A stretch of 64,000 nt of DNA from Desulfobacterales bacterium (GTDB taxonomy: Bacteria > Desulfobacterota > Desulfobacteria > Desulfobacterales > 4572-123), in the NCBI GenBank assembly GCA_963667755.2, contig CAXXLK010000001.1, positions 1,501,862 to 1,565,861 of the forward strand. The letters are read 5' to 3'. Positions 18,796-27,729 of this stretch are shown piece by piece (position 1 is the first letter of the stretch; each line of letters begins with the position of its first letter). Under the pieces are notes generated by a model. That model was not told the origin of the DNA. It did not search any database and saw nothing but the letters and a program-made list of their open reading frames with translations. Made by a program: the position numbers and the translations under genes.

Positions 18796-19698
18796 ATGTT
18801 TAAAAAAATATTGTTTGCCACATCCGCGACAGAAGCGAGCGATCACGCAGCACGGGTAGCATTCAACATGGCTCAGAACTACAGGGCCCACATCACGATC
18901 TTTCATGTGCTGGGGGTTCCGACACGGGGTTTCAGCCAGGTGATTCAGGATGTCAAAACCCGGGAAAAATTGGTGGTCGACGATGAATATGTCGCATGGG
19001 TCGAGGAGGAAGTCAAAACTCATTATGCGAGACAGCTCAAAAGCGCCCAGGATTTTGAGATCAAGGTCGTCGTCGGCTTTCCGCACCGTGAAATCCTGCG
19101 CGAGGCCCGGCAAAGCCAGCCGGATCTGATTGTTTTGGGTGGCAGCACCGGGGACGAGGAAGAATCCGTGTACAAAAAATGCATGGTCGGATCTACGCTT
19201 CAGCGGGTAGCCAAGGCGGCACCCTGCCCGATTCTGGCGGTTACCCGCCCGGCGGCCTCTTTCTGGGGCGGGATGTCCAACATCGTTTTCGGGACCGATT
19301 TTTCAAAAGCGTCCGATGCCGCCTTCGGTTTTGCCTGCAAGCTGTCGAAAGCGCTGGATTGTGAACTGCACATATTCCACGCCCTGGATATCAGCACCAT
19401 GCACATGGGACGCCTGCTGACCCAGGATGAAATCGAAACGAGAATCAGGGAAGCGCTCCGGCGAATACGCGGCAGGTACGTCACCCAGATCAGGGATGAC
19501 ATAAAAGACTACTCTTTCGATGTCTGGGAAGGCGTGCCATACGTCGAAATTGTAAAATATGCCCGGGAAAAACATGCAGACCTCATCGTCATGGCACATC
19601 ACACCAGCAAGGCATCTACAGAAGATGCCCGATTGGGGAGCAATATCGAACAGGTCATTGTCAGGGCGGGCTGTCCTGTTATCAGCGTAAACAAGTAG
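18796..19698 (+). CDS. Tandem universal stress protein (UspA-family) domains
   Basis: 300 aa. Two Usp-like halves (MFKKILFATS...LIVLGGSTG; IVFGTDFSKAS...LIVMAHH...GSNIEQVIVRAGCPVISV). Confidence 0.8.
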   Translation: MFKKILFATSATEASDHAARVAFNMAQNYRAHITIFHVLGVPTRGFSQVIQDVKTREKLVVDDEYVAWVEEEVKTHYARQLKSAQDFEIKVVVGFPHREILREARQSQPDLIVLGGSTGDEEESVYKKCMVGSTLQRVAKAAPCPILAVTRPAASFWGGMSNIVFGTDFSKASDAAFGFACKLSKALDCELHIFHALDISTMHMGRLLTQDEIETRIREALRRIRGRYVTQIRDDIKDYSFDVWEGVPYVEIVKYAREKHADLIVMAHHTSKASTEDARLGSNIEQVIVRAGCPVISVNK

Positions 19699-19766
19699 AT
19701 CATTATCCGGGGGTAAGATTGGATTTACAAACCAGACAGGGAAAAATCTGAAGAGAGGGAGTGATA

Positions 19767-20117
19767 ATGAAAAAAATATTAATTGTCGATGATGACCCCA
19801 ATATCGTTGACTACCTGACGACACTGTTTGAAGACAACGGATACACCACCTGCTCGGCTGGAGATGCCCGGGAAGGGTTTGATGTCGCCAAAAGAGAGTT
19901 GCCGGACCTGATCACGTTGGACTTGGAAATGCCGGGTGAATGGGGACTCCGTTTCTACAGGAAGATGAGCGAGGAAAAAAGTCTGAAAAATATTCCGGTA
20001 ATCGTCATTACCGGTTTTTCAGGCAGTGAGCATGCCATCGGAAAAGCGGTGGCCAGTTTCACCAAACCCTTCGACCGGGAAGAACTGCTGGGCATTGTCA
20101 AAGAAACCCTGCGGTAG
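19767..20117 (+). CDS. Stand-alone CheY-like response regulator receiver
   Basis: MKKILIVDDDPNIVDYL...DLITLDLEMPGEWG...PVIVITG...KPF. Contains the acidic pocket, phospho-acceptor Asp and conserved Lys. Confidence 0.85.
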   Translation: MKKILIVDDDPNIVDYLTTLFEDNGYTTCSAGDAREGFDVAKRELPDLITLDLEMPGEWGLRFYRKMSEEKSLKNIPVIVITGFSGSEHAIGKAVASFTKPFDREELLGIVKETLR

Positions 20118-20212
20118 CGATTTTTTGTCCGGAAAGGCATTTGGAATTAAAAGAGATTGCGGACAACCAGGCACTTTCCCCGACGTGGCAACTCGGGGGC
20201 TAATAAAAATGA

Positions 20213-21778
20213 GTGAGGGCACCCGACGTGGCAACTGAAATACTGCTCATTGACAAGGACAAGAGCCACGCTGGCGCTCTGAGTGTATATCTGGAGCGCA
20301 GGCAATTCAAGGTTTCTAAAGCCGATAACCCCGACGATGCGCTGCTGCTGTTTGATAATCTGAACATTGAAATTGTACTGGCTGATCCTGACCTGCCGGA
20401 AACAGACACGGTCTCTTTCCTGAAGCAGATAAAAATGTCTCATTCGAGAGTTCAGTCCATCATCATGGTACCCGGAGATCAATTCGATCAAGCCATGGAC
20501 ATGCTGCGGCAAGATGTGGTACACTACCTGATGAAACCGGTGAAAAGTGCTGCCCTGGACCTTGCCATGAGACAGGCCCGCACCTGGATCGCAATGAATA
20601 AAAAGGCCGATCGGTATGAGGAAAAGTTCAAAGATCTACGCAATGCACAAATTTTTTACCATCAGCTGTTCAATGAGGTCCCCTGCTATATATCGGTCCA
20701 GGATCGGGAGTTTCGGCTTACGGCAACCAACCGGTTGTTTAAAAGGGATTTTGGTGATGAAATCGGATCCCATTGCTATAAAATTTACAAGCACAGAGGC
20801 ACACCCTGTCGGAATTGCCCGGTGGCATCAACCTTTGAAGACGGTCAGCCCCACCCTACAGAGGAAATTGTCACCTCAAAATCCGGCAAACAGTATAATG
20901 TGCTGACCTGGACCGCCCCGATCGTGAATTCATCGGGAGAGATTACCCAGGTGATTGAGATGTCTACGAATATTACCCTGCTCAGGCAGCTTCAGGATCA
21001 TCTGACTTCCCTCGGACTCATGATCGGTTCCATGTCGCATGGTGTTAAGGGGATGCTGACAGCCCTGGACGGCGGAATTTATCAGTTGGAAACCGGCCTG
21101 GCTCGCAAGGATGAACAGCGGACCACAAAAGCGTTCGACCAGGTCAAGCGGATGGCAGGCAGGATCCGCAAAATGGTTCTTGAGATACTGTATTACGCAA
21201 AGTCCCGGGAACTCAGTTACAGGTCGGTCGATATTTCAAAGATGACCGGGAAAGTGGTCAGCGATGCAAAGGCGATCGCTGATAAAAATGGGATACAGCT
21301 GGAATCCAACATCTCAAGTGATCTGGGCACCATCGAAGTGGATCGCAGCTGGATGCAGGCGGCCCTGCTCAACATCATGGAAAATGCCGTGGATGCGTGT
21401 ACCTCCGATCGCAGCAAAGAAGCGCACATCGTTAAATTTGATGTGTCTGACGCAGGGGACAATCATATCTGTTTCATCATCCAGGACAACGGCATGGGGA
21501 TGGAGCGAGAGACAAGGGAAAAAATGTTTACCCTGTTTTTTACATCCAAAGGCTCGCGGGGAACCGGGCTCGGTCTGTTTATCGCCAACCAGGTGATTCA
21601 AGAGCACGGCGGCACCATCAAAGTTACGTCGGAACTCAAGAAAGGTTCGCAGTTTCGGATCTGTTTGCCCCGGAACAGGCCTGAGCGACCTTCCATGGGT
21701 GATTCTCATGAAAAATGGGCCAATGGCCTGCTTGACAAAACAACACAGGCAACGAATGAGACTCACAACCAAAAGTAG
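20213..21778 (+). CDS. Hybrid sensor histidine kinase (N-terminal receiver-like domain, Cys-containing PAS-like domain, HisKA, HATPase_c)
   Basis: 521 aa. The receiver-like segment is ILLIDKDK...IVLADPDLPE...KPV. CYKIYKHRGTPCRNCPV is a Cys motif. The H-box is SMSHGVKGML. The HATPase G-boxes are DNGMGM and GTGLGLFIANQV. The start codon is uncertain (GTG 20213). Confidence 0.8.
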   Translation: MRAPDVATEILLIDKDKSHAGALSVYLERRQFKVSKADNPDDALLLFDNLNIEIVLADPDLPETDTVSFLKQIKMSHSRVQSIIMVPGDQFDQAMDMLRQDVVHYLMKPVKSAALDLAMRQARTWIAMNKKADRYEEKFKDLRNAQIFYHQLFNEVPCYISVQDREFRLTATNRLFKRDFGDEIGSHCYKIYKHRGTPCRNCPVASTFEDGQPHPTEEIVTSKSGKQYNVLTWTAPIVNSSGEITQVIEMSTNITLLRQLQDHLTSLGLMIGSMSHGVKGMLTALDGGIYQLETGLARKDEQRTTKAFDQVKRMAGRIRKMVLEILYYAKSRELSYRSVDISKMTGKVVSDAKAIADKNGIQLESNISSDLGTIEVDRSWMQAALLNIMENAVDACTSDRSKEAHIVKFDVSDAGDNHICFIIQDNGMGMERETREKMFTLFFTSKGSRGTGLGLFIANQVIQEHGGTIKVTSELKKGSQFRICLPRNRPERPSMGDSHEKWANGLLDKTTQATNETHNQK

Positions 21779-22214
21779 ATACGGAACAAGGCTTATGCTT
21801 GATCTGGCGGTCAATGCGAAAGATAAACCGGTGCCCTTAGGGGATGTGTCCAAGCGTCAGAAAATTTCGCTGAAATATCTCGAACAGCTGATTTCAAAAC
21901 TCAAGCAGGCCGGTCTGGTGAAAAGCCAGCGCGGCCCGTTTGGCGGGCATATGCTGGACAAGCCCCCGGAGTGCATAACCGTGGGCGATATTGTAAGGAC
22001 ACTTGAGGAAACCTCCGCCATTACAGACTGCGCAGAGCAGGAGGGAAAACTGTGCGCCATCTGTAAAAATGCGGGGGATTGTCTTTCCCGCCAGGTCTGG
22101 ATCGAAGCCAGTAACGCCATGTTCGAACGCCTTGACCAGATTACCATCGATGGATTGATCTCGGGTAAATGGGGACAGTTTGAACCGGAAGAACCTTCAA
22201 AGGATGATGAATGA
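21756..22214 (+). CDS. Rrf2-family transcriptional regulator with Cys cluster
   Basis: MRLTTKSRYGTRLMLDLA...ISLKYLEQLISKLKQAGLVKSQRGPFGGHML is the Rrf2 wHTH signature. C-terminal cysteines (DCAEQEGKLCAICKNAGDC) are compatible with Fe-S ligation. ORF 21699.. overlaps the kinase gene end. Confidence 0.85.
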   Translation: MRLTTKSRYGTRLMLDLAVNAKDKPVPLGDVSKRQKISLKYLEQLISKLKQAGLVKSQRGPFGGHMLDKPPECITVGDIVRTLEETSAITDCAEQEGKLCAICKNAGDCLSRQVWIEASNAMFERLDQITIDGLISGKWGQFEPEEPSKDDE

Positions 22215-22291
22215 ACAGGCCTCCCTTTTCATTGGTCTAATTCGCGTTTTAATATGCTGCTCCGGTAAAAATGGTATCGCATCGATTAGCG

Positions 22292-23022
22292 TCACAGGGG
22301 GGCCGTCAGGTCAGTAAAAGCTGGTCTGTTGAGGTATTTGGTGAGATTAGGCCTGCGGCCCCGAGAAATCCCGGCCACATCAGTAACAGCCACTGTTGGA
22401 GAGTAGGGAACCCAGACTATCAAAACAGCGGCACTTGAGAAGAGAAGCCCGCCTATGCTGGAGTAGATAAGGGTTGTAAGTGCGTTGTCGGTCCGGCAGA
22501 GAATACGCGTTGTGATCTGGGCACTCGCGTAAAAAATGACCAGCGAGCAGCGGCAGCACAGCAAATCCATTCAAAAACCCCCACTCCGGGACGCATGACG
22601 ATCACTACCCCTGAAAGTCCTATTGCGATGCCCCCCAGCGATATTTGCCCACGGTCTCTTTCAAGACAGGCGCAGAGAGTGCCGCCACGAACAGGGGGGA
22701 TGCGAAGGCGATTACCATGCAGTCGGCCAGGGGCATGAACTTCAATGCACCCCAGAATGCAACGCCCGCACTGAATATCAGAACAGACCGCAACATCTGG
22801 ATTATCAGTTTTTTGGTATAAATGATCCTCCGGGGGCTGCCACGAAAAAAGAAGACCATAACAAAAAGAAAGTGGAACAGATAACGACCCTATAGTATCA
22901 TCCACAGCGGAAGTTCACCGGTCAGGTATTTGGCAGAAGCATCCAGAAGGGAAAAACAGACCGTTATCGTGATTATAAAGCCGATGCCGGCCAGCGGGTT
23001 TGAACTTTTTTTTTCAAACATT
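22292..23022 (-). pseudogene. Decayed EamA/DMT-family transporter gene (in-frame stop, several frameshifts, truncated 3' end)
   Basis: Read from ATG 23022: MFEKKSSNPLAGIGFIITITVCFSLLDASAKYLTGELPLWMIL*. DMT-like sequence then continues across three frames (ORFs 22620..22859, 22453..22905, 22292..22570: ...FWGALKFMPLADCMVIAFASPLFVA...RWGGIAIGLSGVVIVMRPG...LVIFYASAQITTRIL...). Confidence 0.7.
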
Positions 23023-23230
23023 TAAAGGGCCATCCCGCGCTTACTCGTTGTCCGGGGTTTTTAGTAGTATCTCGAATGGTTGTCAATCCTTTTAATACCG
23101 ATTAACACCGATTTGTCGAAACAGGGCAGTATCCTTAAATCAGCAAATAGCGCTTGACATCTTAAATCAATTTCTGTAACCAATAATGATAATTTATTTA
23201 ATAGTTCAGGAAAAGCCATTACTTTATAGG

Positions 23231-23311
23231 ATGACTTCAATGATCAACTACCTTGCAGACAGATTTTCTTATTATTATTTTTTTACCATCTGTCTGCCTG
23301 TGGTGCGCTGA
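23231..23311 (+). CDS. Candidate Tyr/Phe-rich leader peptide of the aromatic operon (26 aa)
   Basis: ATG 23231 to TGA 23309-23311 encodes MTSMINYLADRFSYYYFFTICLPVVR, with five consecutive aromatic codons TAT TAT TAT TTT TTT at 23270-23284. It lies about 125 nt upstream of a DAHP synthase gene and directly upstream of terminator hairpins. The Shine-Dalgarno is weak (AGG adjacent to the ATG). Confidence 0.55.
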   Translation: MTSMINYLADRFSYYYFFTICLPVVR

Positions 23312-23334
23312 AGGAGTCCAACCAAGCAAAGCAA

Positions 23335-23370
23335 AAGCCGCGGCAGACAAAGCCCGCGGCTTTTTTATTT
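23335..23370 (+). terminator. Attenuator terminator 1 in the aro leader
   Basis: AAGCCGCGG (23335-23343) pairs with CCGCGGCTT (23354-23362) across a 10-nt loop, followed by TTTTTTATTTT. There is no upstream plus-strand gene for it to terminate. Confidence 0.65.
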
Positions 23371-23373
23371 TGA

Positions 23374-23417
23374 AAGGGCCGCGGGAGGCGAAAAACTTCC
23401 CCCGGCCCTTTTGCTTT
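23374..23417 (+). terminator. Attenuator hairpin/terminator 2 in the aro leader
   Basis: A GC-rich stem anchored by GGGCCG (23376-23381) / CGGCCC (23403-23408), followed by TTTTGCTTT. Its 5' arm GCCGCGGG (23378-23385) is also perfectly complementary to CCCGCGGC (23353-23360) of terminator 1. Confidence 0.55.
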
Positions 23418-23436
23418 CCCCAAAAAGGAGAGTACC

Positions 23437-24549
23437 ATGAATAAGACCTATGATGTTCACGTAAAGTCTTTTACCCCAATGATAGCCCCGGATCTGTTGA
23501 AAGAGGAGTTGCCCCTTTCCGAAAAGGCCGGAGATACGGTAATGAAGGGGCGGGCAGAGGTCCAAAATATTTTGAGGAAGAAAGACCATAGGTTATTAGT
23601 GGTGACAGGGCCGTGTTCCATTCATGATGAAGCGGCGGCATTGGATTATGCCCAGCGGTTGAAACGCTTGAGCAAAGCCGTGGAGGAGACCCTGGTGCTG
23701 GTGATGCGGGTTTATTTTGAAAAACCCCGAACCACCGTGGGGTGGAAAGGGCTGGCCAATGACCCCCTTTTAGATGGTACCTGCGATATGATGACGGGTC
23801 TTCGCAGGACACGGAAATTGTTGCTGGACATCACTGAAATGGGTGTGCCCACGGGTACGGAAATGCTCGATCCCATCACCCCGCAGTACATGGCCGGCCT
23901 GGTTTCATGGGCGGCCATCGGCGCCCGTACCACCGAGTCCCAGACCCACAGGGAGATGGCCTCGGGCCTTTCCATGCCCGTGGGGTTTAAAAATTGTACC
24001 GACGGTGGTCTTTCCACGGCCATCAATGCCATAATCGCGGCGGGGTCCCCCCAGAGTTTTCTGGGCATCGACCCCCACGGCCGGGCCAGCGTTGTCGCCA
24101 CCACCGGAAATCCCTATGCCCATCTCGTCATGCGGGGCGGGTTACGCCCCAATTATGATTCCGTCAGCATTCGTCAGGCAGTGAGCCAGTTGCAGAGCAA
24201 AGGATTATCCGATGCCGTCATCGTGGATTGCTCCCATGCCAATGCTTCTAAAAAACACGAGAACCAGGCCATTGTCTGGCAGGATGTCATCAATCAGAGG
24301 ATTGACGGCAATGACGCCCTGGTCGGGATGATGCTCGAGAGCAATATAGAAGAAGGCCGTCAGAAAAACACCGGCGATCTGAGTACCATGGCATATGGTG
24401 TATCTATCACGGACCCCTGCATTTCCTGGGATACCACTGAAAGGCTGCTGCGGACGGCCCATGAACAGCTGCTTCGAAACAGTAGCGCAAAAGCGGGCGG
24501 TAATGTGTCGACTAAAACTGGTCGATACTCCGTGGCATCTGGTGTCTGA
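23437..24549 (+). CDS. aroG: 3-deoxy-7-phosphoheptulonate (DAHP) synthase, class I-alpha (AroF/G/H type)
   Basis: 370 aa. LLVVTGPCSIHDEAAALDYAQRL, GLSMPVGFKN and IVDCSHANS are hallmark class I DAHP synthase motifs. Isozyme specificity cannot be read from the sequence. Confidence 0.9.
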   Translation: MNKTYDVHVKSFTPMIAPDLLKEELPLSEKAGDTVMKGRAEVQNILRKKDHRLLVVTGPCSIHDEAAALDYAQRLKRLSKAVEETLVLVMRVYFEKPRTTVGWKGLANDPLLDGTCDMMTGLRRTRKLLLDITEMGVPTGTEMLDPITPQYMAGLVSWAAIGARTTESQTHREMASGLSMPVGFKNCTDGGLSTAINAIIAAGSPQSFLGIDPHGRASVVATTGNPYAHLVMRGGLRPNYDSVSIRQAVSQLQSKGLSDAVIVDCSHANASKKHENQAIVWQDVINQRIDGNDALVGMMLESNIEEGRQKNTGDLSTMAYGVSITDPCISWDTTERLLRTAHEQLLRNSSAKAGGNVSTKTGRYSVASGV

Positions 24550-24595
24550 CACGGTGTTTTTGAAGAAATGTTTATTTCGATGGGAGTTGCAAAAG

Positions 24596-25624
24596 ATGGA
24601 TATCCTTGAAATTAATGGCAGTACAGGGAAATCAAGGTTGCTTGTGGGGGAAAAGCTTGATCGCCTTGCCGGGTATTTGCCGTCATCCCCGGTGATCGTG
24701 ATCACCGATGACACGGTCCACCGCCTTTACGGGGGCCGGTTCCCCGACGGCCATACTATAAAGATCGGCGCCGGGGAGACTATTAAAACCCTGGACACAG
24801 TGACGGCGATTTTTTCAAAATTAATCGAGTACGAAGCGGATCGATCGGCGTTTATTGTCGGCATTGGCGGTGGCATTGTTTGTGATATCGCCGGTTTTGC
24901 GGCGTCGACCTATCTTCGGGGGGTCCGTTTCGGGTTTGTCCCCACCACGTTGCTGGCCCAGGTGGATGCCAGTGTCGGCGGGAAGAACGGGGTCAATTTT
25001 TCCGGTTACAAGAATATGGTGGGGGTATTCAATCAGCCTGAGTTTGTTATCTGTGATCCCTCATTGCTTCAAACCCTTGATGTGCAGAACCGCGGGTGCG
25101 GGTTGGCTGAAATCGTTAAACATGCGGTCATTGCCGATGTTGATCTGTTTGCCTATATCGAGAATAATGTCGAAGCCGTTATGGCCATGACCGTTGATGC
25201 CGTCCACCGGATGGTTTACGATTCGGTGATCATCAAGTCGGGGATCGTCAATCGGGATGAAAAAGAATCCGGTGAGCGGCGTAAACTCAATTTCGGTCAT
25301 ACCTTCGGGCATGCTGTGGAAAAGGTCGGCAAGGTACCTCACGGCGAAGCGGTGTCCATGGGTATGATGGTGGCTGCAGCCCTTTCCGCCCGGCGAGGAT
25401 ATATCAACCCCGGCGATGTTCAGCGACTGGACCGGCTTCTGAAGGCCTTGAAACTGCCCACCCGCCTTGATATTGCCAGGGATAAAGCCTTTGAAGCAAT
25501 GAAACGGGATAAAAAAAGGGTCGGGGATGCCATTCATTTTGTTCTGCTCGAACGGATCGGCCGGGCGGTTGTCGAAGAAATTTCCATGGCGGAATTAAAG
25601 GATGTCATAAATGAATTTTGCTGA
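24596..25624 (+). CDS. aroB: 3-dehydroquinate synthase
   Basis: ORF 24395..25624. A start at ATG 24596 (MDILEINGS...) avoids overlap with aroG. GIGGGIVCDIAGFAASTYLRGVRFGFVPTTLLAQVDASVGGKNGVN and HTFGHAVE are AroB motifs. Confidence 0.9.
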   Translation: MDILEINGSTGKSRLLVGEKLDRLAGYLPSSPVIVITDDTVHRLYGGRFPDGHTIKIGAGETIKTLDTVTAIFSKLIEYEADRSAFIVGIGGGIVCDIAGFAASTYLRGVRFGFVPTTLLAQVDASVGGKNGVNFSGYKNMVGVFNQPEFVICDPSLLQTLDVQNRGCGLAEIVKHAVIADVDLFAYIENNVEAVMAMTVDAVHRMVYDSVIIKSGIVNRDEKESGERRKLNFGHTFGHAVEKVGKVPHGEAVSMGMMVAAALSARRGYINPGDVQRLDRLLKALKLPTRLDIARDKAFEAMKRDKKRVGDAIHFVLLERIGRAVVEEISMAELKDVINEFC

Positions 25625-26477
25625 TGATGCCAGCACCAATCACATGAAAAATATTGCAGATCAGTCCCAGACCCAGTTGTGCGGGGTGTTCGGGCATCCG
25701 GTAGGGCACAGCCTCAGCCCGGCCATTCACAATGCGGCATTCCGGGAAACCGGGCTTAACGGGATTTACCTGGCATTTGACGTCACGGACCTTTCATCTG
25801 CAGCAGCCGGTATTCGGGCGCTGAATATCCTCGGGGTCAGCATTACCATTCCGCATAAAGTCAGTATCATGGAATATCTCGATACGTGCACGCCCATGGC
25901 CATGGCGATTGGTGCCGTAAATACCGTTATCAACCGGGATGGGCATCTTACAGGGGATAACACGGACGGGTTGGGGGCGGTATCGGCCCTTGCGGCACAA
26001 ACGATTATAGCGGATCGTCGGGTGGCTGTCATCGGCGCCGGCGGTGCGGCCCGGGCCGTCACCGCTGCCATTCGATCCAGTGGCGGGAACCTGACGGTGG
26101 TCAACCGATCGGTTAAACGGGGAGAGGCCCTGGCCGCGGTCGTGAATGCCGATTTCATACCCCTTGCTGAATTTGCGGGCAACGGATATGATATTCTGGT
26201 AAATACCACATCAGTGGGGATGACGCCCCATACTGACGCCATGCCCACTGATCCGGCACGATTCGAGCCGGAAGCGGTGGTGATGGATATTGTTTACAAT
26301 CCGCTTGAAACCCGATGGCTTCGCGCGGCAAAAAAACGGGGATGCACGGTGATAGATGGTCTGGCCATGTTCGTCCATCAGGGCGCCCTTCAATTTGAGC
26401 TCTGGACCGGCCGGGCGGCCCCCCGGGCTGTGATGCGATCGGCTGTTATGGAATCGTTAGGATATACGGATGCTTGA
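25611..26477 (+). CDS. aroE: Shikimate dehydrogenase
   Basis: HSLSPAIHNAAF, SITIPHK, NTDGLG and GAGGAARAV are AroE motifs. An alternative start is at 25644. Confidence 0.9.
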   Translation: MNFADDASTNHMKNIADQSQTQLCGVFGHPVGHSLSPAIHNAAFRETGLNGIYLAFDVTDLSSAAAGIRALNILGVSITIPHKVSIMEYLDTCTPMAMAIGAVNTVINRDGHLTGDNTDGLGAVSALAAQTIIADRRVAVIGAGGAARAVTAAIRSSGGNLTVVNRSVKRGEALAAVVNADFIPLAEFAGNGYDILVNTTSVGMTPHTDAMPTDPARFEPEAVVMDIVYNPLETRWLRAAKKRGCTVIDGLAMFVHQGALQFELWTGRAAPRAVMRSAVMESLGYTDA

Positions 26478-27729
26478 AATTAAGCCCATTGAAACGCTGA
26501 CGGCACGGGTGGTGGTACCCGGATCCAAAAGCTACACCCACCGGCTGTTGATTGCCTCGGCCCTGTCCGACGGCCCCTGCCGGGTTTTGGGCGCTCTGGA
26601 AAGTGAGGATACGGATCTGACCCGGGCCGGGCTCATGCAAATGGGGGTCCCCATCACAAAGGAAGGGGAGGGGCTGCGCATCAACGGCACTGGCGGACGA
26701 TTGATCGGTGCCGGCGAGATCTACCTTGCCAATTCCGGTACCGGCATGCGTCTGTTGACGGCGGTGGCGACCCTGGCCGACGGGCCGACGGTTCTCACCG
26801 GCAGCACCCGGATGCAGCAGCGACCCGTTGCAGATCTCATCGACGGACTTGGACAGATGGGTGCGGATATTCGATCCTTAAACGGCACGGGGTGTCCGCC
26901 GGTGGCGGTCACGGGGGGAACGGCCACCGGCGGTGAAATCACCCTGCGCTGTGGTATCAGCAGTCAATATTTGTCTGCCATTCTCCTGGTTGGGCCGCTT
27001 ACCCCCCGGGGTGTCACCATCCATATTGTCGAGGGCCCGGTGTCCAGGCCTTACATCGATTTGACCCTGGATGTCATGGAACGGCTCGGGGTGAGGGTAG
27101 ACCGGGAAGGATATGACCGGTTTACCGTCCCCGGCGGGCAGGTGTATCGGGCCGGAGACTACCGGGTTGAGACCGATGCCTCCAATGCCTCTTATTTCTG
27201 GGCTGCGGCAGCCGTCACCGGCGGGTGTGTGACGGTGGACGGCCTGACCGAATCATCCCGGCAGGGAGATTTACGTCTGCTCGACTGTTTTGAAAAGATG
27301 GGATGCCAGGTGGATCGCGGTGTTAACGGCATCACTGTGACCGGCGGTCACCTGTCGGCCATTGATGTGGATATGGGGGACATGCCGGATATGGTGCCCA
27401 CCCTTGCCGTGGTGGCGGCGTGTGCCGAGGGTACCACGGCCATTCGAAATGTGGCGCACCTGAAAGCCAAGGAATGCGACCGGCTCGCTGCCGTTGCTGA
27501 AGAACTGGGCAAAATAGGTATCGCCGCCCGATGTACGCCAGATGCCCTTTTTGTGACCGGCGGCCCGCTGCACGGAGGGGACATCGAAACCTACAACGAT
27601 CACCGCATGGCCATGTGTTTCAGTGTGGCAGGATTGCGGGTACCCGGGGTCCGGATCATGGATGAAAACTGTGTGGCCAAATCTTTTCCAACCTATTGGG
27701 ATGTGTTCAGCACATTGTATGCCCGATGA
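26470..27729 (+). CDS. aroA: 3-phosphoshikimate 1-carboxyvinyltransferase (EPSP synthase)
   Basis: 419 aa. VPGSKSYTHRLLIASALS, NSGTGMRLL and NDHRMAMCFSV are EPSPS motifs. Confidence 0.9.
   Translation: MLEIKPIETLTARVVVPGSKSYTHRLLIASALSDGPCRVLGALESEDTDLTRAGLMQMGVPITKEGEGLRINGTGGRLIGAGEIYLANSGTGMRLLTAVATLADGPTVLTGSTRMQQRPVADLIDGLGQMGADIRSLNGTGCPPVAVTGGTATGGEITLRCGISSQYLSAILLVGPLTPRGVTIHIVEGPVSRPYIDLTLDVMERLGVRVDREGYDRFTVPGGQVYRAGDYRVETDASNASYFWAAAAVTGGCVTVDGLTESSRQGDLRLLDCFEKMGCQVDRGVNGITVTGGHLSAIDVDMGDMPDMVPTLAVVAACAEGTTAIRNVAHLKAKECDRLAAVAEELGKIGIAARCTPDALFVTGGPLHGGDIETYNDHRMAMCFSVAGLRVPGVRIMDENCVAKSFPTYWDVFSTLYAR

Noticed and set aside
23253-23444. 63-aa ORF spanning the aro leader
   Set aside because: It runs through both terminator hairpins in a frame without aromatic-codon enrichment or a Shine-Dalgarno. 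The 26-codon ORF at 23231 explains the region better.
24395-24595. Upstream extension of the aroB ORF
   Set aside because: It overlaps the 3' end of aroG out of frame. AroB homology starts at MDILEINGS (24596).
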